DNA of 64,000 nucleotides from Octopus sinensis (taxonomy: Eukaryota), in the NCBI RefSeq assembly GCF_006345805.1, contig NC_043007.1, positions 9,300,001 through 9,364,000 on the forward strand, given 5' to 3'. Of this stretch, positions 1 to 11,912 are shown in pieces (position 1 is the stretch's first letter; each line of letters starts with the position of its first letter). The position numbers were made by a program, and so were the translations under genes. The notes under the pieces were generated by a model, which did not search any database, was not told the DNA's origin, and saw nothing but the letters and a program-made list of their open reading frames with translations.

Positions 1-968
1 TGAAATAAATCACACGTTTCACATACTGAGTTATGTCAATACAGAATACCTTCACCGGAAACTATTTGACCCAGGTACAAAAGAAAAAAGAAATTCTATT
101 TATTTTCATTCATTCGTTTTTTTTTCTATTCATTTTATTTATTTATAAATCTGAAACTATGTATTCCGAAATACAAAATCGTAGAGTTAATGCGCTAGAT
201 GACTCACAGGTGAAGGTTTAAAATAAAACGGTTATACCGATGAACCAATGAGCTTTTGCAGCTACTACTTGACTAAATTATATCGGTATGTGTGAATGCA
301 GCTTTAAAGAAAGTATGCAAATTATGCATTCATCTTTAGATAGCAGACTCAGAAAGCAGGATCAGGGAATATAGAATACTTGAAAGTTCATAAGAACTTC
401 GAAATCGTGAGCTGTTAAAAGTTTTATTATTTGTAATCAAGACTGCGAAAATTTCATTTGGTTAACATTTACCAAAGGTGAGAAGTTTTACTGCTCGGTA
501 ACTGCGGTGGATTTTCCTTTAGAAGTTAAAGTATGTCAGAAAGATATTTTAACTAATGCAAAGTTAGTTTATTGGTGCGGATGCTGTTATATTTACGTCG
601 ACAAGACGAGAAATCATTTATTTCACTGCTTTTCAGTTACAGCAGGGGCTTGAAGGTATGTACCTGAAAAATCCTCATAATGTAGTAAATTTTCACATAA
701 GCAAAAGGAAATTTAATGAACATAACGATGGATCGCGCCAGTAGACAGTGATTGCGTGGCAACTGCCTCTTTCATCAATCTACTCCTACATGCATAAGTA
801 CATGGACTAATACACATAAACAAAATCTCACTCACACACATACACACATATATGTTATTGTGACTTTAAAATATAGACAGTGTAACTGGATGCCATGCTG
901 AGACACGATCTTGAATTGAATAGTCGAACAAATTGACTGAATTAAACAATCTTTTCTTTTATAATAAA

Positions 969-1799
969 CTAGCAGTATTGCCCGGCTCGTGCGCTCGTGC
1001 GTTCTATGCACGCGCGAATTAAGCTAAACTTAGATGAAGTTCAATCAAAATTCAACTATTTTGGTTTTAAAATGAAGCATTTAATGCCCTCTATTTTTGC
1101 GCTTATGTGCTCCATTTCCTCAATAGGAAGTATGTAGGAGCGTTTCATAATTTTTTTTTGATCAAATAATAGCATTGTTGAATTATTCTTTTAGATCAGT
1201 ATTTCTCAACGGGGATTTCAGGGGAGAATTCCAGGGAGTCGCTGGCGATGTATCGTGATGATCAAAAATCCGGCCTGCTAAAATTTGGTTAAAGTGATTC
1301 AAACTGCAGACTCAACGCAAAATGGTCACATTTAATTCAAAGCGTTAAAAATATTATGAAAATAATTGGTATGTGTTCACAAAGTCCAAACGATTAATAC
1401 GAAAAACTCTCCAGGCTACATCCCGAAAATTCATTTCTTTGCCGAATTTCTACAATATTTACGGCGATTCGTTTTTATATCTTGATTTTCTATTTTTCAT
1501 GCAATTTACGCATGTTTGCACGCGTGGTGAACACAGTTCACGTCAAACAACTGACTGAGTAAAGTTCACTATTCAATGCATGGATAAGGCCTAAACAAAC
1601 ACATTATCGATTTTTGCACTTGCGAGATGAATTTCGGAACAGAAATAGCGCAGTTCAATTTTCATTCGCCTAAACTTTAAGTGACCCATTTTTGGGGGTT
1701 CTAGGATTTGTTGGCTAGGAGATGTGCGGGGAAGTTAAACACACAAACACACACAGAGGTACAGACACAGACACACAAGTTGAGTTTTATATATATAGA
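969..1799 (-). mobile_element. Non-autonomous Helitron-like element
   Basis: Minus strand reads A|TCTATATATATAAAACTC ... GCCGGGCAATACTGCTAG|T. This gives 5' TC, 3' CTAG, an A-T target and a GC-rich subterminal stem remnant. Terminal motifs match 51946-52337. Confidence 0.65.
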
Positions 1800-1879
1800 T
1801 TTAATTGTCTTTACATCTGATAATTATTCTTCAGTTATAGAGGCATAGAAAAACGAACACCGGTTATCCAGTGATATTG

Positions 1880-2150
1880 GGGAGGATGACACAGACAAAA
1901 AACGTACACACACAGCTGTGTGTGTTTGTTTGCTTTTGTGTGTGTGTTTGTGTGTGTGTGTGTATATGACGGTTTCCGTCTACAAAATTCACTCACAAAG
2001 CAATCCTTTGACCGCTCCGAGGCTATTGTAAAAAGCTCTTGCCCAACCCCCGGCGCAATTTGGTCAAGTGAACCTGAGATGACGAGGTTGCAAATTGAGT
2101 TTCTTATTATCCACTCAGCCTATATACCTCCGCCTGTATGTTAAGTGCCC
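1880..2150 (-). mobile_element. Degenerate SINE family B (head and microsatellite part)
   Basis: Similar to the family B segment GTTTCCGTCTAC.AAAT.CACTCACAA.GC...GAGGCTAT.GTA...CTTGCCCAA. Confidence 0.55.
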
Positions 2151-2721
2151 ACCATTTTCATTCTTTCCTTTCTTACATTTGTAGTTACTTCTCCGTTGTG
2201 ATTTTGTGCTGATTTGAAACACTTAGCCAAATAAGTTTATTCTTGTCTCAACCAAACGTGTGTAGAGATTTATCGTGATTATTTTACTGTAAATGGTTTT
2301 AGCGTTATTAATAATACTCAGCTAATTATTTATAATATGAATCATTACCATGATCGATAAAATGCATTTATTATTTTTTTTTCTAGATGATCCAAACGAA
2401 AAACAAAATATATTGTTTTCATTTAAACTCTTAACACTACATGTACGTGAGCGAAAGCCCTGCATGTATTAATGGACGTTGACACAATTTTATGGAATAT
2501 GATACGACTAAATATATTGTTTTGAGGGTAAGCCTGTGATAAAAATACACATAACAGAAATGACTCATACAAATGTTCTGAAAGGCCACATATCATATTT
2601 CAATCTACTTTTAAAACTGAAATGTTTGGAGATATTAAAGACTCCATTTTGGTATTGCATTTGTCATAAAAAAAATTACGAAACATTCTACAAATAATAA
2701 CAAATGTTTTACTTTGCACAA

Positions 2722-2768
<47 letters not shown>

Positions 2769-2850
2769 GATGATGATTGTGGTGGTGGTGGTGGTGGTGG
2801 TTTTGGTGGTGGTGGTGCTGGTGATGATGCTGATGATGATGATGGTGACA
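2722..2850. repeat. (GAT)n/(GGT)n trinucleotide microsatellite
   Basis: Direct reading. It generates the poly-H/M/S/P ORFs in the track. Confidence 0.95.
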
Positions 2851-2970
2851 GTAGTTCTTCGTTGTCCGAGAATGATGATTCTGAAAATTCTTGCTGAACA
2901 ACCCATCTTTTAGAGCTGCAGTTAACCATTAATATCCATTACACTCTGTAAGATAAGACCTTCTCCGATA

Positions 2971-3838
2971 TAGGAATTCTGATCTATAAGTATCAGGACA
3001 GTTGCCATAGTAACAAAGCTAAAACACGCAAAGTAAAGCATTAAGTTTTAACGTTCTAGCTCACTTCCGCTGCTTACAGTAGAGCTTGGAAGGAATGTGT
3101 GTAACGTGTGATCGGCGCACTGACCATGACAGAGGAATTTGTCATGGTGATACCTGCCCAGCGGTCAACGCAAAGTTGCAGAAAATGTATGGAAAGGAGT
3201 GCATGAGCCGCACACAAGTGTACGAGTGGTTCGGATGTTTCCAAGATGGACGAACAGTGTCGACACTGACGAACGTTATGGGAGACCTGCAACCAGCAGA
3301 ACTGAGAAAAACATTGCAGATGTGCGTGCATCTGTGTGGGGTAATCGTTGAATCACCATCCTTGAGTTACCAGATGATATAACTATTAGTTACGGTTCAA
3401 TTCAGTTCATTATCAATGAAGATTTCAGTATGAGACGCGTGTCTGCCAAGTTTGTTCAAAAACTGCTTTCATCTGACGAAAAAGACACTCGGATTTCAGT
3501 TGTACAATATCTCATTGATTGTGTTGAGAACGATGAAAATTTTTTGAAAACTTTTTGAAAACTTGGTGCAGGCCCCTAAGCTGGTATTACCAAGCTTTTG
3601 GCAAAATTTGGTACAGATTCTCTGCCTAGCTTTCTCTGTCACGGTGAATGCTACGATCACACGCTACAGACCTTCCTTCCAAACACCGCTGTAAATAGTA
3701 CAAGTTAGTTACAACGTTAAATCTTACTGCGCACGCACAACAGCGTTCAAGGTTAATCTGTGCCAAGCGGCTTCACTATGCTTGCTTTAGCTTTGTTATT
3801 GTAGCAGCAGTCCAGATTCTTATTGATTAGGCCACGTA
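2971..3838 (+). mobile_element. Rearranged mariner derivative: 5' half of transposase plus an inverted second 5' end
   Basis: Imperfect TIRs at 2971-2999 and 3810-3838 (TACGTGGCCTAATCAATAAGAATCTGGAC). Plus-strand fragments KLQKMYGKECMSRTQVYEWF and SYGSIQFIINEDFSMRRVSAKFV. Minus strand 3642-3577 gives TEKARQRICTKFCQKLGNT. Confidence 0.8.
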
Positions 3839-6545
3839 CATAAATATTCTCCTCCTTTGTCACAACGGTAATAGCTCCCAAATCTCTTAATGACACTCTT
3901 TTTTCTGTGTATTTTCCTAATTTAAAAACTTACAGAACAAAATATCTTGTATTATTATTATTCAAATAATTTAAAACCTCTGCACTGCATCGGTTTCACA
4001 TGCTGCTTCAATTAGTAGTCACACTTTTGTAGTATAAGTCACAATGATTTTACCGCATTGGATTTAAAACTTTGAGAATAATGGAGGGTGCAGATTTCAG
4101 GTTTCTTGAATATGAAACTTTATGATGTCCTCCCCAGCCCATTCACGTAACACTGTTCTCGTGAGAAATGAGAAAAACTTACGCATGCTACTTCTGTACT
4201 CAGAGATCGTAGAACACATCATGAATAGTCTGCGTCGATGGACTGGGTGAAGAGGACTATCTGTGGACACAAGTCCAGTTCTTCAAGACTAAAGATAAGT
4301 CAATGATCAAGTGAATCATACACAACACCGTAGAGAAAGACTTTTATATTAATATATTTCATTCAACGCTGTTTTGTGCACATTATCAATTTAATTCCAA
4401 CCTGACCAAGTTTCACTCCCACCAGCATTCGTTCCGTATGGAATTTTAACAGGAATAATTGCATTCTTATTGGGTTGCGTCCTATGATCCAATGACATCA
4501 TTCTCAGCCTGTTTTGTCTTTACCCATGCCTAAAAAGAGACTTCTGTACAGAGACTCGCCCTCCAGCGAAAGGTCTTCCTATATTTGTGTACACACATAT
4601 GCATATTCCCTAGAAGAATGTTAACGAAGACGTTGATTTGTAACACAAGTACAACACTAAGCTTGATTAATATTATGCATATAATAGCGTATTTAATCAA
4701 AATAAAAACATTACAATAAATGAGAAATAAGTGTCCTTATATTGTCACTTTAATAAATTGTGTGATATATTGCGATCAGTGGTATGCGACAATAGTTTAA
4801 GATATTGCCTTCAGCAACAGGCTGATTTGAAAGTTGTGGTCTTCATTCCTTCCCAGTGGTTCTGTAAAGAAATGAAATTGTTATAAACGAGAATATGATC
4901 TGATCTGTAATCTCATTTCACCAGAATTACCCATCGTTCAGCGTGATGCATCAAGAAACTCAACCCCCACCGCATACTCTAGCCTACTCTTTGTGTGTAT
5001 AACCCTGTACATACAAACAAATATATGAATGTATACATAAATAAGATACGGTTCCGTTTCATGTGTGTGTAGTCGTATACAAACATATATATATAAATAT
5101 ATATACTTACGTATGTATGTATGTGTTTGGGTGTGTGTACATATAGTTGATGTATTTATAAGCTTTTAGTTGCGCAAAAAGAAAAATGGTATGGAATATA
5201 AATCAAAAGGAAAAAAAGACTATCAAAATCTCTCAGTATCGTGTGTATAGACTGACAAGAGGATGTGACGTATGAACAATAGACTTGATGTTGAAATCCA
5301 TAGCTGGTGCCAAATTGACGTTCATTTTATACTATGATTATTTTATATTGTAAATGAATAGGTATGGAATTATAGGAGATACACGAAAGCGAATAAATAA
5401 CCATTTAAGAAGAGAAAGACAAGATGAAATGAACAGGAAAAAAAATGAAAGGGATGAGATATTATATATTTTGTTATTTATCACAGCTCAGTAAACTTGC
5501 GTGTGAATTATGTTTAGAAATACATGTCTGTCCATATATTATCTATAGAGCTTGTTGCGATATTGTCTTCAATTGTTGAAAGACGACGCCAGTAAGCTAA
5601 AAAGAAAAAAAAGAGAGAGAGATGGATATGTTTTAAATAGAAGACAATAAATATGAGAGATCAGTTTATATATCGGAAATGGTTTAATATTTCAACATAT
5701 TATTAGTTTGAACTAAACGCATTAGTAACTTTTTTTTCTGATACCTTTTGTTCAAGTATATTTACGATATATTAGAATATTTACATAAAAGATATAGAGA
5801 TATTGTCCATAAATACAAACACTGTTCGCAACATTTTCTTTAGTGCTTTCATCGCCATATTTGCATTACATTTGAAACTCCCAATATTTACTTTAAACAT
5901 TGACTTAGTACCATTACAATCGTATTTTCAATATGGAGTCGAAAACGAATAGCGCATAATTTATGTATATATGATTAGTCAAAATTTCTCTAGAACATTT
6001 TTGAGAGATAAGTAAATCTCTGCAAATGCAACCCATATGTCTGAAGAGTGTAATCCGCCTCACTTAAATGGAAGGCAGGTTGCCCAGAGCATATCTATGA
6101 AGTGGAATGCAATTTCATGACTAAACATCTCGTTTTTCTGTTCTAATTCGTGTACAAATATGATAAATTAGCAGTTTTGTAGATTGGACATAGACTATTG
6201 ATTTCTCAGATATTGGCTCATAAAATATAATGTGGCAGATTTAGAATTAGGTCATTCGTAGCGAAATGAGAGGCTCCTAAAACCCTGGGATGGAGAATGG
6301 TGAAAAACCAAATGCGCCTATGCCAGTCGTAAGTCAGGAAGAAGCAGAACGAAGGAACAATCTGGTCCCTGTCAAAATCATGGATGGCTAAACACGCGGC
6401 AAAATATGATATACAACGCTCTAAATAGCAGCAGATGCAGTTTTCTCACACATACAATCTACTTCCGACTTTGTGAAACGAAACATAATTCGCCATGGCG
6501 TTATACCAGAAAGTAATATAGAGCCCGTTGATTTCGCCTTATATC

Positions 6546-6779
6546 TATTTCTTTATTGCCCACAGGGGACTAAACATAGATGGGACAAACAAGGACAGAC
6601 AAGGGGATTAAGTCGATTATATCGACCCCAGTGCATAACTGGTACTTGTTTAATCGACCCCGAAAGGATGAAAGGCTAAGTCGACCTCGGCGGAATTTGA
6701 ACTCAGAACGTAACGGCAGACGAAACACCGCTAGGCATTTCGCCCGGCGTGCTAACGTTTCTGCCAGCTCGCCGCCTTA
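6546..6779 (-). mobile_element. tRNA-headed SINE family A, full monomer
   Basis: Head AAGGCGGCGAGCTGGCAGAAACGTTAGCACG, B-box GAGTTCAAATTCC, core GCCTTTCATCCTTTCGGGGTCGAT, tail GTGGGCAATAAAGAAATA. About 12 copies occur in the window. Confidence 0.9.
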
Positions 6780-6846
6780 TATCACCATATTTTAACATCG
6801 CAAATCACATCATATCAACGAGTTATCTTCGACAAAACAACATATT

Positions 6847-7061
6847 CCGTGGTTCTCAACAGGAGTCCATTTGATTTTTGCGGCTAAAATTTGTGCAATA
6901 AATTTGGTATTCTTCTACCATATACAAAGTATTTTAACATACAACCCCTGATATTTAAATATAAAAAAAATATAACAGGATTTTTTAAGAAACGAAATGC
7001 CTATGAGGATCCACTCGAGTAAAATAGGAATCGAAGGTTTTAAAATAGTTGAGAACTACGC
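6847..7061. mobile_element. Probable hAT-type MITE
   Basis: Ends CCGTGGTTCTCAAC and GTTGAGAACTACGC resemble CAGTGGTTCTCAAC-type TIRs. No TSD recovered. Confidence 0.45.
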
Positions 7062-7873
7062 AGCTAGACTAGAGCAGGACGACATATTTAAAAACAGACT
7101 TTTCCTTATACTGTAACAATAATAAATTCATTCTTCATATATTTGTGAGGTAAATTGCAGACCCCTTCGTATTTCATATACCACATCATTTTATAATGAT
7201 GTCATACGATGCCAGAAAATATAGGTCTGACTGATATGCCTCTGAACTGCTATGATTAACAATCAAATTTGCTCCACGATAACAAGCAAAAACTTATGTA
7301 ACCTAAGACGACGAATTGTCGTTGTTCTGCAACGAGTACAAATCTAGAAACCACGGAGGCGACGCTCCATCATCTGCATAAAAATCAGGTCCATAAATTC
7401 TCTTAGATTAATAGAATGGATTGATGGCAGAGGAGGTCAATCGTTGAAAAATATAAGTGAAATTTTACGATCTTGATATTTTGTGAGATTGAGAAAAAAG
7501 GGAAGGCATTGTGCTCTCATTTAAGCAAACGTACCAGAATTAACCCGAATGAATTGTAGTTACAATAAGCATAGGCAAATGAGCTTAGGCCATGAAGGAA
7601 ATGGGCGCACTTGTAATGGAGCTACTCCAGCGAATGGCGAAAAATTGGGATATGACGATTCCTTCGATCGCTCCTGGGTAGTGGTACAGCAATAGTCGGT
7701 AGTTTTGTATAAATGATTCTCTTGTTAATTGCCTTTTTTTCTTCATTAACATGCATTTATATAAATTAGCTGTAGCCGAAGAAATTCCACAGTTATCTGG
7801 AAATTGGTTTCTATATATTCTTCTTCTTCTTGTTCTCTTCTTGTTCTTCTTGTTCTTCTTGTTCTTCTTGTTC

Positions 7874-7973
7874 NNNNNNNNNNNNNNNNNNNNNNNNNNN
7901 NNNNNNNNNNNNNNNNNNNNNNNNNNNNNNNNNNNNNNNNNNNNNNNNNNNNNNNNNNNNNNNNNNNNNNNNN
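7874..7973. other. Assembly gap (100 N)
   Basis: Run of exactly 100 N after a (TTC/TTG)n repeat. Confidence 1.
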
Positions 7974-8299
7974 TAACGCCCCGAAAGTTGGAGAGGCATG
8001 TGATGTTTTCTTTTTTTTATGGGGATCGTATGAACCAAACAAGCTAAATCTGAAATCACCTCCGTCATCATTATGATAATCGTCACCGCCACCACCACCA
8101 TCGCTACCACAACCACCACAATCACCACCACCACCTCTTCATCTTTCTGAGCTCCTAACTGGATTGAATTATTAAGTAGAATCTTTCAAATCAACTAACC
8201 TCCGAAGAGTCAGGTACCGGCGTAGTGGTAGTGACAGTGGCAGTTCTGTTTCATTACAAATGGGGAATGATGAGTGGGTTCTTGCCAATAAATTTGCGG

Positions 8300-8720
8300 C
8301 CTCTAATGGTCAGGTAAGGTTGCCGACCTTTCGAATAATTTAGAATAAAGAAATAGTGCACCTACTGGCCATAATTTATGGACCGGGGAGTTTATTTTGC
8401 TAAATTATTGAATGGGTATATGTGTGATTCAGGAATTACCCTTTGATGTTGTGTGCGGGAATGTCCGGAGAGTTCATAAGAGTTTTTAAATCGAAGTGAT
8501 TAGTGGGGTTTAATTATGAGTTGTTAAAGATGAGACAGTATGGGACTTACTAATGATTTTTCTTTGATGTGCGTTATGATTGTGTATATGTAATGTTGAA
8601 CGACACAATATAGTCGGTCCCCTAAAAATATATCTTTTTGGAGGTAATTCAGATTTGATCTGATGTAGTCAAGTCGTTTGTTGATATTGGTTTTGTGCGG
8701 ATGTCTAATGAGATAACGAA
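8300..8720 (-). mobile_element. Possible decayed Penelope-like GIY-YIG C-terminal remnant
   Basis: Stop-riddled minus-strand translation includes MASRCTISLF, reminiscent of the CxLCLxEK motif. Similar text occurs at 38520-38860. Confidence 0.3.
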
Positions 8721-8774
8721 GGGACTATTTCTACACATTATTTTCTATGATAGGCATGGACAGGTAACATTTAT

Positions 8775-9076
8775 ACATTTCTATTCTAGGCAAAAGGCCC
8801 GAAATTGTTTTGGGGTTGGGACCCAGTCCTTGACGGAATTTGAACTCAGAACGCAATGGCAGATGAAATACCTAGGGGCTAAACACAGAGAGGACAAACA
8901 AGGACACACAAACGGATTAAGTCGATTATATCGTCCCCAGTGCGTAACTGGTACTTATTTAATCGACCCCGAAAGGATGAAAGGCAAAGTCGACCCCGGC
9001 GGAATTTGAACTCAGACGAAATACTGCTAAGCATTTCGCCCAGCGTGCTAATATTTCTCCCAGCTCGCCGCCTTAA
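8775..9076 (-). mobile_element. SINE family A composite (monomer plus truncated monomer with alternative tail)
   Basis: Family A head and core, then AGGTATTTCATCTGCC ... CCCCAAAACAATTTCGGGCCTTTTGCCTAGAATAGAAA. Confidence 0.8.
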
Positions 9077-9519
9077 GGAAGACCGATTTGGTAACTCTAA
9101 TGATATATGTAGAAAATGGACGTATGTGTACATAATAACGGAGAACGTAATAATAATAATAAGGTAGAACTTAGGCTAAACGTGGAGACCAGCTCTAATG
9201 GCATAGTGCCACGAATACATGAACTTCTTCAGCCAATATATAACTCATCGAATAAGATGCAGAACGGACTTTACTATAAGGAACAAGGAAATTATACGGG
9301 TATTACGTGTGTTAACATTAGAACACGATGTAAAACAGAAAGAAATTTATCTTTAGTCCTGTTAACACAGCATAAAAAGGAGATAACCTTTGTTATTTGG
9401 ATAAATATAATCTATATTTAAAGGCATTGATAAGGATATCATTAAATTCTGTTTCAAATTTATCTTATTGAATATACAAATGTAGATAAGAACTTCTATA
9501 AGTTAGAAAGATTCTATAT

Positions 9520-9707
9520 CTATACACAGACATATATGTATACATACATACAAATACATACGCGCACATATACACACACATATCTATATATATAAATACA
9601 TATATATATTTGTATATATATGTACTTATATATATATCTGATATATATATACGTATATATATGTACGTATATATATATCTGTATATATATATATGTACGT
9701 ATATACA

Positions 9708-9748
<41 letters not shown>

Positions 9749-9900
9749 GTATATATATGTATACATACATATCTACATATATATGAAGTATGTATCTATT
9801 CATATTTCTATGCTTATATGAATTTATATATAGACACACATACTCACACAAACACACACACACACACAGAACACGCAGATGCACACATATATAAAGACAC
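9520..9900. repeat. TA/TACA-rich compound microsatellite
   Basis: Direct reading. Confidence 0.9.
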
Positions 9901-10469
9901 ACAGGGACTCACGCACATGTATGTAACTCGTAATGTGCGTATGCATTTATGTATCGAAATATCTACATGTTCGTGCAAACACATGGGGAATCCATACACA
10001 CTTGCGTGCACATGGTGATTACAACAACGACTGATAGACGAAAGAATGTGCGTGTATGGGGGAGGGGGAGTTATGAGTATGTCTAAATATGTCTATGCAT
10101 ATACATATGTCTACATATTTACACAATATAGGAATATATTTCGGTATACGGATTAAATAGAATTTTTTATTAAAATACATCATCATTTGCAAACAGGTGT
10201 GCCGTTTTCATTATACAAAAAACTCGTTAATTTGTCTCAAAAAAAAAAAGAGAATGGGGAAAAGAATGATAGATAGATAAATAGATATATGAATAGATAG
10301 AGGGAGACAAAAAGAGAAAGAAAAAGAAAGGAGAAAAGAATGAGTGACTGAGAGAGTGAGAGAGTGGCGTATAAATGTAGTACATAGGACGTATCACGTT
10401 GAAGTACTGAAGCGACCATACACATAGGCAAGCAATATTGTAAATTACATACTTATTAAATATGTATTA

Positions 10470-10521
10470 CATAGATACAAGTATGTACATACACACATAC
10501 ACACCCATATATATTTACATT

Positions 10522-10561
<40 letters not shown>

Positions 10562-10820
10562 CTATATATATATATAGATATATATATATATATATACATA
10601 TACACAGGTATACATACACACACATACATATGTATATATACATGTATATATATACAATTCTGTGTATACACAAACAAAAAAGTAAAATGCGCGGCCACAC
10701 ACAACGCACACTTAAACCATATATATATGAATGCATATATATATATAGATACATACATATACATATATATATTTATACATATATAATACACACACACACA
10801 CGCACACACATATATATAAA
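10470..10820. repeat. TA/CA compound microsatellite
   Basis: Direct reading. Confidence 0.9.
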
Positions 10821-11004
10821 TTTATGTAAATAAGGATAAGATCGATATTTAAATACCGATCTTATCAGGTTGCCACCATGGGAATAAAAACCTTCAAAGG
10901 TAATAACTATTATTAAAATTATAATTTAGGGTATCGAAAAGATACCACCACGCTGGAAATAGCAGCCAAAACTTGACTCTAAAACCACATTAAATGTTCA
11001 TATA

Positions 11005-11210
11005 TATATATGTTGATTCGCTAGCTTCTGCACGCATTTTTTTTCTCTCTTTGTTTCTTTCCGTGTTTCTTTTCTGTGTATCTTTCTGTTGAAGAGCGTA
11101 GGCTCGAAACATAAAAGACTTGTTTTATTTATATTCCTGAGCGCCATACTAATACAATTGTTTGTTTGTATTCCACCTGCCTTCGTCCTTTGTTTATTTT
11201 CATAAAGCTT
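11005..11210 (+). mobile_element. Penelope-like pseudo-LTR fragment with degenerate hammerhead
   Basis: TCTTT-CTGTTGA-A-GAG cgtagg CTC-GAAAC-ATA-AAAGA at 11081-11118, flanked by (TA)n. Confidence 0.6.
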
Positions 11211-11244
11211 CCCGTTATATATATATATATATATCTTGAGCACC

Positions 11245-11433
11245 ACCAGCAAAAAATTTTTTTTCCTCTGTCTTCCCTTCTTGGGATCTTTCCTTCTTCT
11301 TGTTTCCGACGAAGAGCTCCACTCGAAACGTTAAACCTTCCTTCCCTTCTTTCCTGAGCGTCAAATAATACTTTAATTGTTCCACGTCCTCGCGTTGCTG
11401 TGTTTTTTTCTGTGTTTTCTTGTTTGGATTAAC

Positions 11434-11435
<2 letters not shown>
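11245..11435 (+). mobile_element. Penelope-like pseudo-LTR fragment with hammerhead motif (same family as 54840-55100)
   Basis: GTTT-CCGACGA-A-GAG ctcca CTC-GAAAC-GTT-AAAC at 11302-11336. Alignable over about 180 bp to the reverse complement of 54840-55100. Ends in (TA)n. Confidence 0.7.
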
Positions 11436-11487
<52 letters not shown>

Positions 11488-11491
<4 letters not shown>

Positions 11492-11660
11492 GATCCCGGG
11501 TTGAGTCGGGGTTAACCACAGTAAATAAGGTACTCAATACATAGCAGAGTAAATTAATTTATTTTATAGAAGGAGCTTCTACAGGACTAGAACTGTTTCA
11601 TAATCCATAAAATAATGAGTATTTTCCTCTCCATCTGTCTCACCTATAGTTAATTCTTGT
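11488..11660 (-). mobile_element. Penelope-like pseudo-LTR fragment, heavily degenerate hammerhead
   Basis: Minus strand ACAG-ATGGAGA ... GAAAC-AGTTCTA-GTC-CTGT at 11638-11581. Helix I (ACAG/CTGT) is intact and the core is mutated. Confidence 0.4.
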
Positions 11661-11702
11661 CAGTTTGTTCACTCTTTCACTTCTTTCTTTCTTCTTCTTT
11701 CT

Positions 11703-11737
<35 letters not shown>

Positions 11738-11834
11738 CTCTCTCTCTCTCTCCTTCTCTCTCTCTCTCTATGTTTCACCATCAAACACTAGCTTCTGTTC
11801 CCTCCTGCTCTTCTCATATGTATCTATCTGTTCC

Positions 11835-11837
<3 letters not shown>

Positions 11838-11912
<75 letters not shown>
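11838..11912. repeat. (TCTA)n tetranucleotide
   Basis: Direct reading. Confidence 0.95.

Noticed and set aside
2600-2929. Poly-His/Met/Ser/Pro ORFs on both strands
   Set aside because: They are translations of (GAT)n/(GGT)n microsatellite, open in several frames at once.
4200-4290. EIVEHIMNSLRRWTG / antisense DSPLHPVHRRRLF segments
   Set aside because: Too short and stop-flanked. A LINE relic (cf. L.RW.GRGLS) is as likely as an exon.
6290-6391. Short ORF MENGEKPNAPMPVVSQEEAERRNNLVPVKIMDG
   Set aside because: 33 codons, in-frame stop just upstream, no usable acceptor and no homology recognised.
7589-7695. GHEGNGRTC, resembling an EGF-domain end
   Set aside because: No other EGF cysteines, and the frame stops after 35 codons.
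8180-8313. Plus-strand open segment ending at CAG|GTAAGG
   Set aside because: The acceptor is poor and the region overlaps a probable antisense Penelope remnant.
9465-10833. Numerous YI/IY-rich ORFs
   Set aside because: (TA)n and (TACA)n translations. The same applies to ORFs at 12-12.7 kb, 17.3-18.2 kb, 30.4 kb, 50.6-51.1 kb, 53.6-54.1 kb and 55.5-56 kb.
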